Assembly (NCBI GenBank): GCA_965230295.1
Contig: OZ246001.1
Coordinates: 2,624,001 to 2,688,000 of the forward strand
Direction of reading: 5' to 3'
Length of the DNA stretch: 64,000 nucleotides
Origin: Marinicella sp.
GTDB taxonomy: Bacteria > Pseudomonadota > Gammaproteobacteria > Xanthomonadales > Marinicellaceae
Shown here: in pieces, positions 1 through 9,660 of the stretch
Numbering within the stretch: the stretch's first letter is position 1
Layout of the letters: each line of letters begins with the position of its first letter
Translations under genes and position numbers: made by a program
Notes under the pieces: model-generated
What the model was told of the DNA's origin: nothing
Databases searched by the model: none
The model's input: only the letters and a program-made list of their open reading frames with translations

Positions 1-1283
1 ACGTTTCGAAGATTCGTGTGGCTGGTGCTGAGCTGAAAGAAGCCTTCTTACCGATTGACATGATTTCATTCTCATCCAGTATCACCGATAACCTATCGGT
101 AGAAGCTGTCTATATGTTTGAGTTTGAACAGACCGACCCAGATCCAGCAGGTACTTATTTCGCAACCAACGATTTCGCCACTCCAGGTGGTGAATATGTG
201 GCCTTGGGTTTTGGTATTGTGCCTGAGTTGGCCAATGCTGGCGCGATTGCGCAATTGCCATTACCGCCATCATTGATTGCGGCTACTTTGGGTAACATCA
301 ACAACTTCTCAATATTGAGGACTTCAACCCCCGCCACCGATGATGATGGCCAGTATGGCATCGCTTTCCGTTACTATGCAGAGCAATTGAACAACACTGA
401 ATTTGGCTTGTACTACTTGAACTATCATTCAAGATTACCCATGATCAGTGGTAATGCACTGGGGCAACCTGGCGTAGGATTGGGTGTTTCTTCGCCCAGT
501 TCAGGTTCCTATTTCACTGAATACCCGGAAGACATTGAATTGTATGGTTTGAGCTTCAATACCACCATCAATTCGTTGGGTGTTTCCTTACAAGGTGAGT
601 TGTCTTACCGTCCTAATGTACCTTTACAAATTGACGATGTGGAAGTGTTGTTTGCAGCCCTTTCTCCATTGAATCCATTGATTCCGGCGGAATATGATCG
701 ATTCGTGTCACAATTAGGTAATTTTGCACCAGGTGAATACATCCGTGGTTGGGAACGGCATGAAGTGTCTCAGTTACAGTTCACAGCAACCAAGTTATTT
801 GGCCCAGGTTTTATGGGCAGTGACCAAATTGTGTTACTGGGCGAAGTGGGTTTCACCAATGTATGGGATTTACCTGATCAAAGTGTGTTGAGGTACAACG
901 GCCCAGGCACCGATACCGGTGGCGGCCCCAGTACTTTGACTGGTGGCACCAGCAGGAATCCTGTGACTGAAAGCTCAGATTTCTTCGCCACATCATTCTC
1001 TTGGGGATATCGTTTGGTTACCCGTTTTGAATACAATTCAGTGTTCGGTTCATCTTGGAACATTGCCCCAAGACTGGCCTTTAACCATGATGTTAACGGC
1101 ACCACTCCAGGACCTGGTGGGAACTTTATTGAAGGCAGGAAGTCTTGGACTGTAGGTGTCAACGGTACTTATTTGGAAAAATGGAGTGCTGATGTCAGCT
1201 ACACCAACTTCTCCGGAGCAGGTATCCACAACTTGATATCTGACCGAGATTTTGCTTCTATCAACATTAAATATTCGTTCTAA
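1..1283 (+). CDS. DUF1302 family outer-membrane protein (5'-truncated by window)
   Basis: Frame is open back to the window start (VSKIRVAGAELKEA). Motifs GQYGIAFRYY, FGLYYLNYHSRLP, EYPEDIELYGLSFNT and C-terminal DRDFASINIKYSF (terminal Phe of a beta-barrel). Canonical position upstream of DUF1329. Confidence 0.85.
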   Translation, partial: VSKIRVAGAELKEAFLPIDMISFSSSITDNLSVEAVYMFEFEQTDPDPAGTYFATNDFATPGGEYVALGFGIVPELANAGAIAQLPLPPSLIAATLGNINNFSILRTSTPATDDDGQYGIAFRYYAEQLNNTEFGLYYLNYHSRLPMISGNALGQPGVGLGVSSPSSGSYFTEYPEDIELYGLSFNTTINSLGVSLQGELSYRPNVPLQIDDVEVLFAALSPLNPLIPAEYDRFVSQLGNFAPGEYIRGWERHEVSQLQFTATKLFGPGFMGSDQIVLLGEVGFTNVWDLPDQSVLRYNGPGTDTGGGPSTLTGGTSRNPVTESSDFFATSFSWGYRLVTRFEYNSVFGSSWNIAPRLAFNHDVNGTTPGPGGNFIEGRKSWTVGVNGTYLEKWSADVSYTNFSGAGIHNLISDRDFASINIKYSF

Positions 1284-1301
1284 GAACAGAGAGGACATTA
1301 C

Positions 1302-2666
1302 ATGAAGTTATTAAAGAAAACACTTATTTCAACTTTAATTGGATTGACAGTCGTCGCTGGTTCAGCACAAGCAGGCCCCAAACCTGATGAATTGGAACGG
1401 TTATCAACTGATTTAACGCCAATGGGTTCTGTAAGGGCGGGAAACTCTGATGGCACCATTCCAGCTTGGACAGGTGGTATCACTTCAGCACCGGCAGGTT
1501 ATCAAGTGGGTGATCACCACCCGGATCCCTTTGCAGACGACAATGTGTTATTCACCATTGACAGCAGCAATTACCAGGAACATGCTGCGAAGTTAACACC
1601 CGGTCAAATTGCCATGTTTGAGCGTTATCCAGAAACGTTTAAAATGGACATCTATCCAACCAGACGATCAGCATCATTCCCACAACGTATCTATGACAAA
1701 ACGCGTGAGAATGGTCGTACCGGTACATTGGTTGCTGATGGTGAAGGTGTGGCCAGTGTTGCAGAGGGCTTTCCATTCCCGTTTCCTGAAAATGCCTATG
1801 AATTGATTCTGAATCATAAATTGAAGTTCAAAGGTTCAGGCGGGGTACGCTACAACAATCAAGTGGCGCCGAGTACCAAAGGTAAATACACATTGGTCCG
1901 TCTTCGTGAAGAATTGTATGGTAAATACTATGTGCCAGGTAACACCATTGATGACATAGACAACATCCTGTTGTATTTCTATCAAGTGGTTGAGTCACCA
2001 GCTCGTTTGGCAGGTCGTGTGTTGTTGGTCCATGAAACCATGAACCAGAAAGAAACACCTCGTCAAGCCTGGATTTATAACCCAGGTCAGCGCCGTGTAA
2101 GACGCGCACCTAATGTGGCTTATGACAATCCTGGAACTGCATCTGATGGTTTGAGAACCAATGACATGACCGACATGTTCAATGGAGCCATGGATCGATT
2201 TACATGGGATTGGACTGAAACCAAAGAAATGTATGTCCCTTATAACTCATACAAGGCTCACAGTTTTGATTCAAAATTGGCTGACATGGTCAAGCCGGGT
2301 CACCTAGACTCCAGTTACATGCGTTATGAGTTACATCGTGTTCATGTGATTGAAGCCAATTTACGTGATGGCTTCAGACACATCAACAGCCGACGTACTT
2401 TCTACTTAGATGAAGACAGTTATCAAATTTTGTTGACCGACCATTACGACAGACGTGGTGAGTTGTGGCGCTTTTCTGAAGCACACAGCATCAATTACTA
2501 CGAAGTTCCAACATTCTGGTCTACCATCGAAACCCACCATGACTTACAGTCAGGCCGTTATGTGGCAGTGGGCTTAGATAACCAGGATCAGGTCAACACC
2601 TTCAACACGCCTTTGAGCGAAAACAATTACACACCAAGTGCTTTGCGTAAACGCGGAAGACGCTGA
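1302..2666 (+). CDS. DUF1329 family periplasmic protein
   Basis: Signal peptide; LTPMGSVRAGNSDGTIPAWTGG, RQAWIYNPGQRRVRRAP and RTFYLDEDSY motifs; RBS GAGGA upstream. Confidence 0.9.
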   Translation: MKLLKKTLISTLIGLTVVAGSAQAGPKPDELERLSTDLTPMGSVRAGNSDGTIPAWTGGITSAPAGYQVGDHHPDPFADDNVLFTIDSSNYQEHAAKLTPGQIAMFERYPETFKMDIYPTRRSASFPQRIYDKTRENGRTGTLVADGEGVASVAEGFPFPFPENAYELILNHKLKFKGSGGVRYNNQVAPSTKGKYTLVRLREELYGKYYVPGNTIDDIDNILLYFYQVVESPARLAGRVLLVHETMNQKETPRQAWIYNPGQRRVRRAPNVAYDNPGTASDGLRTNDMTDMFNGAMDRFTWDWTETKEMYVPYNSYKAHSFDSKLADMVKPGHLDSSYMRYELHRVHVIEANLRDGFRHINSRRTFYLDEDSYQILLTDHYDRRGELWRFSEAHSINYYEVPTFWSTIETHHDLQSGRYVAVGLDNQDQVNTFNTPLSENNYTPSALRKRGRR

Positions 2667-2695
2667 TCTGTGTTAATCAGTTGAAGTTTTAATTC

Positions 2696-2736
2696 AATGG
2701 CTGTGGGTATTTTTGATACTCATGGCCATTTTTTTT
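2696..2736 (+). terminator. Intrinsic terminator/attenuator-like hairpin inside the operon
   Basis: ATGGCTGTGGGTAT / ATACTCATGGCCAT stem followed by a T run. Confidence 0.6.
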
Positions 2737-2746
2737 GGTAGAAATT

Positions 2747-3679
2747 ATGATGAAAATGAAATTTAAAATTGTGGCATTGATCTGCTTTTCTATGGTGTGT
2801 TCATCTGCCTGGTCCCAACAACCAGCAGAAGTGATGCCATTGGCAGATGAGTCCTTGGTGTTGTCCATAACAAAAGTAGGTGCCTCACTGCTCATGGTAG
2901 GTGAAAGAGGCCACATCCTGAAAAGTAAAGACGAAGGGAAAACGTGGTATCAGATTGAAGGTGTACCGGTCGATGTGGTGTTGACCAAAGTGGTGGCCTA
3001 CAACAACCATGTATGGGCAGTAGGACATGATGCAGTCATCATACACAGTGATGATGCTGGCGAGACATGGGAATTACAATTTTATGATGCCGACCGAGAA
3101 GTACCATTTTTATCAGCTTATTTCATGAGCGAAACCACCGGGTTTGTGGTGGGTGCTTATGGGACCATCTTCTCAACCACTGACAGTGGTGAAACTTGGG
3201 AAGACAATTTAATTGATGAGGAATTGGATTACCATTTGAATGACATCACCCAAGCTGCAGATGGGAACTTATACATTGCTGCAGAAGCCGGATACTTTTT
3301 CCGAAGTTTAGATCAGGGCGCCACGTGGGAAGCCATAGAGCTACCTTACATGGGTTCTATGTTTGGTGTTGTCTCCTTACCTGAACAAGTGGTGTTGTTT
3401 GGTTTAAGGGGCAATATTTTGGTCTCGGCTGACCAAGGTGAAACGTGGGAAGAAGTCTATACTGATTTAGCCAATAATTTATTTGGAGCAGATTTACTGA
3501 GTGAAAACAAAGTCTTGATGGTGGGTGCCAATGGTGCCCGTTTGATTTATGAAAATAATTCAGTAGAAATTTTTCCCGGAGCGGATTCTGGTGACGACTA
3601 TGCCGATGTCCTGGTGTTGGGCAACCAAGCTATCTTGGTTGGCGAGACTGGACTTAAATCACAATCAATTGGACAATAA
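2747..3679 (+). CDS. YCF48-related BNR/Asp-box repeat beta-propeller protein
   Basis: Signal peptide, VGERGHIL, repeated SxDxGxTW Asp-boxes, LPYMGSMFG, GLRGNI. Start moved to ATG 2747. Confidence 0.85.
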   Translation: MMKMKFKIVALICFSMVCSSAWSQQPAEVMPLADESLVLSITKVGASLLMVGERGHILKSKDEGKTWYQIEGVPVDVVLTKVVAYNNHVWAVGHDAVIIHSDDAGETWELQFYDADREVPFLSAYFMSETTGFVVGAYGTIFSTTDSGETWEDNLIDEELDYHLNDITQAADGNLYIAAEAGYFFRSLDQGATWEAIELPYMGSMFGVVSLPEQVVLFGLRGNILVSADQGETWEEVYTDLANNLFGADLLSENKVLMVGANGARLIYENNSVEIFPGADSGDDYADVLVLGNQAILVGETGLKSQSIGQ

Positions 3680-3690
3680 AGGAAGCGACT

Positions 3691-6072
3691 ATGAATCAAA
3701 ATACAAATAAAAATGGCTTCGCGGCCTTTTGTGAATCCATCCTTTTTAAGAACAAGAAAATAATCATTTTCTTATTGGCCTTTATGACTGGTGCCTTGGG
3801 TTACTTTGCCAGTCAATTGAAAGTGGATGCCGGTTTTGAAAAGCAACTTCCCCTCGATCATGAATACATGAAAACATTCATGGAGCATGAAAAATTCAGG
3901 GGTGCCAATCGCATATTGGTGTCAGTGATGGATGACAGTGGCAACATGTTCAATGAGCAGTTTTTTGACAAACTTGAAGAAGTGACCGATGCCGTGGTGT
4001 TTATTCCCGGGGTCAATCGGGCCAGTGTCAAATCCATTTTCACACCTAATGTCAGGTTTGTTGAAGTGGTTGAAGATGGTTTTGCTGGTGGTAATGTGAT
4101 TCCAGCAGATTACAGTCCTTCGCAAACCATGTTCGAAACCATTCGTGGCAACATTGTGAAAGCGGGTGTCTTGGGGCGCCTGGTGGCTGAAGATTTTAAT
4201 GGTGCCATGGTCTGGGCTGATCTCCAGGAAAGAGACCCGCAAACGGGTGAAAAAGTGGATTACCAGGAGATCGCCAAAGAGTTGGAAGCGATCAGAACCA
4301 AATTTGAAGGCGAAGGGCAAACCGTTCATATCATCGGCTTCGCCAAGATCGTTGGCGACATTGCAGACGGTGCCAAATCCGTGTTGTACTTCTTTGCTTT
4401 AGCCATACTGATCACTGCCATCTTGCTTTATGGTTATTCGAAGAATTGGAAACTGACACTTTACCCCATTCTCTGTTCCTTAGTGGCTGTCGTTTGGCAA
4501 ATGGGCTTTTTGAAATTGATGGGCATGGGTATAGACCCCATGAATATCTTGACGCCTTTTTTGGTCTTTGCCATCGGAGTCAGTCATGGTGTGCAGATGA
4601 TATCAGGCTGGACTGACCAAATGGTTAAACAGCCGACAGGTGAGAAAAGCGCTGACTCTGCAGCACGTGCAGCCTTTTGTGCCTTATTGGCGCCAGGTGT
4701 GATTGCCTTGTTGTCAGATACGATTGGTTTTGCAACCATCTATTTTATCAACATAGAAATTATTCAGGAATTGGCCATCACTGCTACAGTTGGTGTGGCA
4801 TTGATTATCATCACTAATTTGATTTTATTACCGTTGTTATTATCCGGTATCAAAATGAAAAAAGTCGATGCATTCTGTGCCAAATTCAGTGGCAAGCAAG
4901 AAGTGGGCGGCATTTGGAAAGGCATTGCGGGATTTGCCAAGACGCCTTTGGCGTCATTGTCTGTATTGGTCGCCATTGGCTTGTTTACATTTGGTTACAT
5001 CAAAAGCCAGGACATGCAAATAGGTGATTCCCAAGCCGGTGTGCCAGAATTGCGACCGGATTCCAGATACAACACCGATGCCATGACCATCAGTAATGAA
5101 TTTTCGTTGGGTGTGGATATGATCAATGTGATAGCAGAAACTTCATCCAATGCCTGTACTGAAAGTTTCAAAGCCATGAAGAACATTGATCGTTTTGCGT
5201 GGCATATGGCGAATGTTGAAGGCGTACAAAAAGTCATAACCTTGTCTCAATTTGCAAAAATCATTACCGCTGGTTGGAATGAAGGTAACATCAAGTGGCG
5301 AGAGCTGTCGCGCAACAATTACGTGATGCGCCAATCCTTATCAGGGATTGAAACCGATACTGGTTTGTTGAATCAGGATTGTAGTGTCATGCCGATCACG
5401 ATATTCACTGAAGACCACAAAGCCACCACCATCAATACTGTCATTGCCGCAGTTAAAGCTTATCAAGCGGATGCGCCACCTGCATTGGATGACACCGGCG
5501 GGTTGCTTGAAGGTGAAGTTAAATTCAGGTTGGCCACAGGTAATGCGGGTGTAATGGCCTCAACCAATGATGTGGTGAAAGGGGCACAAATGCCGATGCT
5601 GATCATGGTTTATGGCGCCATTATTCTGTTGTGTTTGTTGACCTTCAGATCAATCACGGGCACCATCGCCATTGTCACGCCATTGGCACTGGTTTCATTG
5701 TTGGCCTATGCACTGATGGCCTATCTGGGCATTGGCTTGAAAGTAAACACCTTGCCAGTAGTGGCATTGGGTGTAGGTATTGGTGTTGATTATGGAATTT
5801 ATATTTTCAGCAGACTGCAATCTTTACTTAAATCTGGGTTTAATCTGTATGATGCATATAAAGAAACCTTGCGACTAACTGGTAAGGCTGTGGTATTTAC
5901 CGCATTGACTTTAGGTATCGGTGTGGGGACTTGGATGTTCAGTGACTTGCAGTTCCAGGCAGACATGGGTATCTTGTTGGCCTTTATGTTTGTATTGAAC
6001 ATGGTTGGGGCCATGTTGTTGCTACCTGCATTGGCATATTGGTTGATGCCAAAATACAGAAAAGGTTTATAA
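3691..6072 (+). CDS. RND/MMPL family transporter
   Basis: Two repeats of TM bundle + periplasmic loop; FAIGVSHGVQ and GVGIGVDYGIY motifs; typical partner of DUF1302/1329. Confidence 0.9.
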   Translation: MNQNTNKNGFAAFCESILFKNKKIIIFLLAFMTGALGYFASQLKVDAGFEKQLPLDHEYMKTFMEHEKFRGANRILVSVMDDSGNMFNEQFFDKLEEVTDAVVFIPGVNRASVKSIFTPNVRFVEVVEDGFAGGNVIPADYSPSQTMFETIRGNIVKAGVLGRLVAEDFNGAMVWADLQERDPQTGEKVDYQEIAKELEAIRTKFEGEGQTVHIIGFAKIVGDIADGAKSVLYFFALAILITAILLYGYSKNWKLTLYPILCSLVAVVWQMGFLKLMGMGIDPMNILTPFLVFAIGVSHGVQMISGWTDQMVKQPTGEKSADSAARAAFCALLAPGVIALLSDTIGFATIYFINIEIIQELAITATVGVALIIITNLILLPLLLSGIKMKKVDAFCAKFSGKQEVGGIWKGIAGFAKTPLASLSVLVAIGLFTFGYIKSQDMQIGDSQAGVPELRPDSRYNTDAMTISNEFSLGVDMINVIAETSSNACTESFKAMKNIDRFAWHMANVEGVQKVITLSQFAKIITAGWNEGNIKWRELSRNNYVMRQSLSGIETDTGLLNQDCSVMPITIFTEDHKATTINTVIAAVKAYQADAPPALDDTGGLLEGEVKFRLATGNAGVMASTNDVVKGAQMPMLIMVYGAIILLCLLTFRSITGTIAIVTPLALVSLLAYALMAYLGIGLKVNTLPVVALGVGIGVDYGIYIFSRLQSLLKSGFNLYDAYKETLRLTGKAVVFTALTLGIGVGTWMFSDLQFQADMGILLAFMFVLNMVGAMLLLPALAYWLMPKYRKGL

Positions 6073-6099
6073 TAAAGCCCTTTATCAGTTAATACATGC

Positions 6100-7275
6100 A
6101 TGGCTAAAAATCATATTTTGCGCATCGGCGAGGATGGCAACCCCATATCCTTGTATACCTACGATGCGCAAAACAATGCCTGTACCATCACAGCTGTTCC
6201 TCAATGGACAGATGGTGCACTGAAACAAATTGAGTTGGTGTTGTTGGTGCCTGCAACCTGGGTGTATCACAGTCAGACCCAAGTGGCATCTAAAAACATG
6301 GACTTGTTGGCTAAATCAATCCCATTTGCTATAGAAGAAGAATTGAGCAATGAGGTAGAGGATAACTATTTTGCATTCAAGCTGAATGAAAATGGCTCAC
6401 AAGCAGTCATAGCGATTGAAAAAAACCATTTAGACCAACTGAATCTGGCCATCGATAAAAACAACTTAACAATCAGTTCCATTCACAGTGAAGTGGATTG
6501 GTTGCCAGAAATAAAGGATTCAGTGGTCATTTGGAGTGATACAGAAACATCTTTAGTTCGGTTTGGTGAAGAACAAACCATGCGGATTGCCAACCACCAA
6601 ATCAAGCAATTACTCACCGTCTTTGCACAAGACATGAAAAAAATTGTTTGTAACGATGTTGAAAAGGTGACAGGTGTCGATTTACCGGTTTCTTCGACTT
6701 TAGATGCCAGTGCCTGCTGTGCTCATTTGATCAATCAGGAAGCCATTGATTTGTATGTGGACGAATTAAAAACCACTACAGATACTGAAGACACTAAACA
6801 ATGGTTCCTACCTAAGGTTCTGGGTTTGTTGCTGGTGGTAAGTTGGGTAGCCATCCAAGGGATTCAGTGGCTGAATCTGCAGCAATCAATTGATGAGCTA
6901 AAAACTCAACAGGAAGATATGCTGAAAAGCCAGTTTGGTGATGTGGCACCCGTTGAGTTGGTCGATCCATTTGCAGCCTTTCAATCCAGATTGAAATTGC
7001 AAGATTCTCAATCTGGTTCTGGTACCGATATCCTGTTAGATGTTGTTGACTACATCGGGCAAACAACACAGCAACACAAGTCAGTCAGGCTGGGTGGTTT
7101 GCGCTTGGTTGAACAGAAGATGGAAATACAAATCACGGCCCCCAACATTGCTTTTATCAATGAATTTCATCAGTCCTTGCAGCAGCGAGCCTATGAATAC
7201 AATGTTCAAATAGGCGTCAATGAATTGTCTGATGACAATTCATTTCGGTCGATCTTAACAGTGGTGCCCCGATGA
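6100..7275 (+). CDS. gspL: Type II secretion system protein L
   Basis: IPFAIEEEL motif, cytoplasmic actin-like domain, single TM, periplasmic domain; followed by M- and N-like genes. Confidence 0.8.
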   Translation: MAKNHILRIGEDGNPISLYTYDAQNNACTITAVPQWTDGALKQIELVLLVPATWVYHSQTQVASKNMDLLAKSIPFAIEEELSNEVEDNYFAFKLNENGSQAVIAIEKNHLDQLNLAIDKNNLTISSIHSEVDWLPEIKDSVVIWSDTETSLVRFGEEQTMRIANHQIKQLLTVFAQDMKKIVCNDVEKVTGVDLPVSSTLDASACCAHLINQEAIDLYVDELKTTTDTEDTKQWFLPKVLGLLLVVSWVAIQGIQWLNLQQSIDELKTQQEDMLKSQFGDVAPVELVDPFAAFQSRLKLQDSQSGSGTDILLDVVDYIGQTTQQHKSVRLGGLRLVEQKMEIQITAPNIAFINEFHQSLQQRAYEYNVQIGVNELSDDNSFRSILTVVPR

Positions 7276-7751
7276 AAAACTGGTTACAAAATTTATCTGA
7301 CAATGAACGCCGGCTGTTATGGGTTGGTGGATTGTTAATTGCAGTGGCTTTGGTATGGGTGTTGGTTTATCGACCAGTGACAGCACACATAGATAAACAA
7401 GTCAGTTTGAAAAACCGCTTAACCAATCAATTGGCACAGATGCAAGAAATGTCAAGGTCAACTCCTGGAAACCCAGGTCAGCAGATCATTCCCATTCCTG
7501 TTGGCATGACGTTTTCATCCTGGGTAGACCAACAGTTGCGTTTGGTCAACCTACAAAACAATGTCAATCGAACAGAACCCATTGACCAAAGCAGTTTGTC
7601 AATTTGGCTACAAGGTGCTTCTTTCGATCAGGTGATAGATTGGTTACATATGTTATCAAGTACTTATGCTGTTAAAGTGGATCAGATTGACGTAAACGCG
7701 GTTGATGCTTCTTTGGGATTGACCAACATCAGAATGAGGTTAGTGAAGTAA
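7272..7751 (+). CDS. gspM: Type II secretion system protein M
   Basis: WLQNLSDNERRLL N-terminus, TM, and W-L-x3-F-x4-WL ferredoxin-like C-domain; ATGA overlap with gspL. Confidence 0.8.
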   Translation: MKNWLQNLSDNERRLLWVGGLLIAVALVWVLVYRPVTAHIDKQVSLKNRLTNQLAQMQEMSRSTPGNPGQQIIPIPVGMTFSSWVDQQLRLVNLQNNVNRTEPIDQSSLSIWLQGASFDQVIDWLHMLSSTYAVKVDQIDVNAVDASLGLTNIRMRLVK

Positions 7752-8512
7752 TGTTAAGTACCGGAGACAGACTGGGTAAGCTGTTCAAGCTTATCTTTAT
7801 CTTATTGTTGTTGTCCATTTTAGCCATAGCAGTGACTCCTTTGAGTTTCTACTATGATTATGTAAAAAAACACCTCAATCCTGTGAGTTTAACGGGCATC
7901 AGTGGCAGTGCCGTGAAAGGCAGTGCAGATTCACTTTCATACATGTCAGCACCCTTGGGTAAAACGGAATGGCTCTTGTATCCAAAAACTTTTAAAGGGT
8001 TGGGTGGTAAAGTCAGGGTCTATCAACAGAACTACGATTTGACTTTTGATATGCGTGAGTTGTCAGCAGATTCGCATTCATTCAACAACGTCAAAGGCTT
8101 TATTGATTGGCAGTTAATCAAACCATTCATGCAAATGCGATATGGTCAGATTGATGGGTATGCCCAAGTTAATTTACATTCTGTGGAATATAACAACAGC
8201 ACCGGTTTTGACAGAATGGAAGGTGAAGTGGTGTTGCAAGATTTTAAACTGATCACACCAACCGCCAAAGACCTCGGTGAAGTCAAAGTAACGTTCGAGA
8301 CCAAAAATAACGGGATGATAGTGGGCAACTTCACCAGTCAATCCAATGCCTTGAGTGTGTCGGGAGTTCTGGTCATACAACCGCGTCGTTGGCAACTGAA
8401 CTTAGACATCATTCCTAAAGCCGGACATTTTGAGCTGGATGCCGTATTGAATTCAGTCGGAGATGCACGTCGTGGTGGTGGCAGGCGCTTGAATTTAGCT
8501 GGCTTCTATTGA
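7751..8512 (+). CDS. gspN: Type II secretion system protein N
   Basis: N-terminal TM, GISGSAVKGSA motif, DLG motif, position after gspM. Confidence 0.7.
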   Translation: MLSTGDRLGKLFKLIFILLLLSILAIAVTPLSFYYDYVKKHLNPVSLTGISGSAVKGSADSLSYMSAPLGKTEWLLYPKTFKGLGGKVRVYQQNYDLTFDMRELSADSHSFNNVKGFIDWQLIKPFMQMRYGQIDGYAQVNLHSVEYNNSTGFDRMEGEVVLQDFKLITPTAKDLGEVKVTFETKNNGMIVGNFTSQSNALSVSGVLVIQPRRWQLNLDIIPKAGHFELDAVLNSVGDARRGGGRRLNLAGFY

Positions 8513-9412
8513 TGGCTGTTTGATCACTGGTCTTTTACTGATCAGGATCCATATGCCAAAACCGATGATAGGTAGCGTCAGCAGGTGGCCCATGGTCATC
8601 CATTCAAATGCAATGTAACCACGATTGGCATCCGGTTCACGGAAAAATTCTACGATAAATCTGGTGATGCCATAACTGAGCAAGAAGGCGGCTGAAACTG
8701 TGCCTCGTCGTTTGGCTTTATTGGCCACAATCCATACCACAAAGAAAGTAACCAATCCTTCACCGAAGGCTTCATAGAGTGTTGAAGGGTGTCTGGCAAA
8801 AGCGGCCAATTGTCCCTGTTCATAGAGTTCCTGCCAAGCACCTTCAGGCATATTGGCAGCTTGTAGGTGCACGGGTAATGAATCTGGAAAAATCATGGCC
8901 CATGGATGTTGGGTCAGGCGGCCCCATAATTCGCCATTGAGAAAGTTACCCATGCGTACAGCCAGTATACCAGTGGGTACCAAAGGTGCAATAAAATCAC
9001 TGATCTCAAAGAATGTCTTCTGGCTTTTCTTTTTAAAATATAGCATGGCCACCAGGACTCCAGTTAAGCCACCATGGAATGACATGCCACCTTCCCAAAC
9101 CCGCAATGGCAACATAGGATCATCAAATAAAGATGTGTCATTATAAAACATCACCCAACCCAGTCTGCCGCCAACAATGATGCCGATGGCGCCATAAAAA
9201 AGAAAATCAGAGAGCTGTTCGGAGTTCCAAGAAGAAGGGTACTTTTTGATGCGGTACTTACCCAACAGGTAATAAAAAGCAAAGCCGATTAAGTAGGTGA
9301 TGCCATACCAATGAATGTTAAATGGCCCAACCACACCCAGTAAGGGAAGATCAAAGGGGCCCAGTGAAAAAAACACAGGATCAAAGTCAATAATCGGAAA
9401 ATGGTTAGACAT
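8495..9412 (-). CDS. lgt: Prolipoprotein diacylglyceryl transferase
   Basis: HWYG, GGRLG, WEGGMSFHGG, RMGNFLNGELWGR, RHPSxLYE, RFIVEFFREPD motifs. 3' end overlaps gspN by 18 nt. Confidence 0.97.
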   Translation of the reverse strand: MSNHFPIIDFDPVFFSLGPFDLPLLGVVGPFNIHWYGITYLIGFAFYYLLGKYRIKKYPSSWNSEQLSDFLFYGAIGIIVGGRLGWVMFYNDTSLFDDPMLPLRVWEGGMSFHGGLTGVLVAMLYFKKKSQKTFFEISDFIAPLVPTGILAVRMGNFLNGELWGRLTQHPWAMIFPDSLPVHLQAANMPEGAWQELYEQGQLAAFARHPSTLYEAFGEGLVTFFVVWIVANKAKRRGTVSAAFLLSYGITRFIVEFFREPDANRGYIAFEWMTMGHLLTLPIIGFGIWILISKRPVIKQPSIEAS

Positions 9413-9660
9413 GTATTCGAGAAAATTTTTAACAACTTCTGCATTATATGCATTTGTTACTTGGATGGTTAATCTTTATTGAATCAGGGTCACTTGGGTT
9501 GTTGATTATCGACCAGGTGAAAATGGCTTAATAACGGCTAAAAGTAACGAGTTTGTAGGATTTCACAAGGAAAAAATACCTAACAATATGTTAAGATTAA
9601 TGGGATGTGTGCTGTGGCATGCAGCAATCAATAATAATCAAGCAAAATAGAGGAATTTAT

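Noticed and set aside
9607-9660. N-terminal extensions given by the ORF track (also tkt, tsf, cdsA, skp, lpxA, 53308, 58126, 60027)
   Set aside because: Downstream ATGs have better RBS and match family N-termini; the extensions are longest-ORF artefacts.
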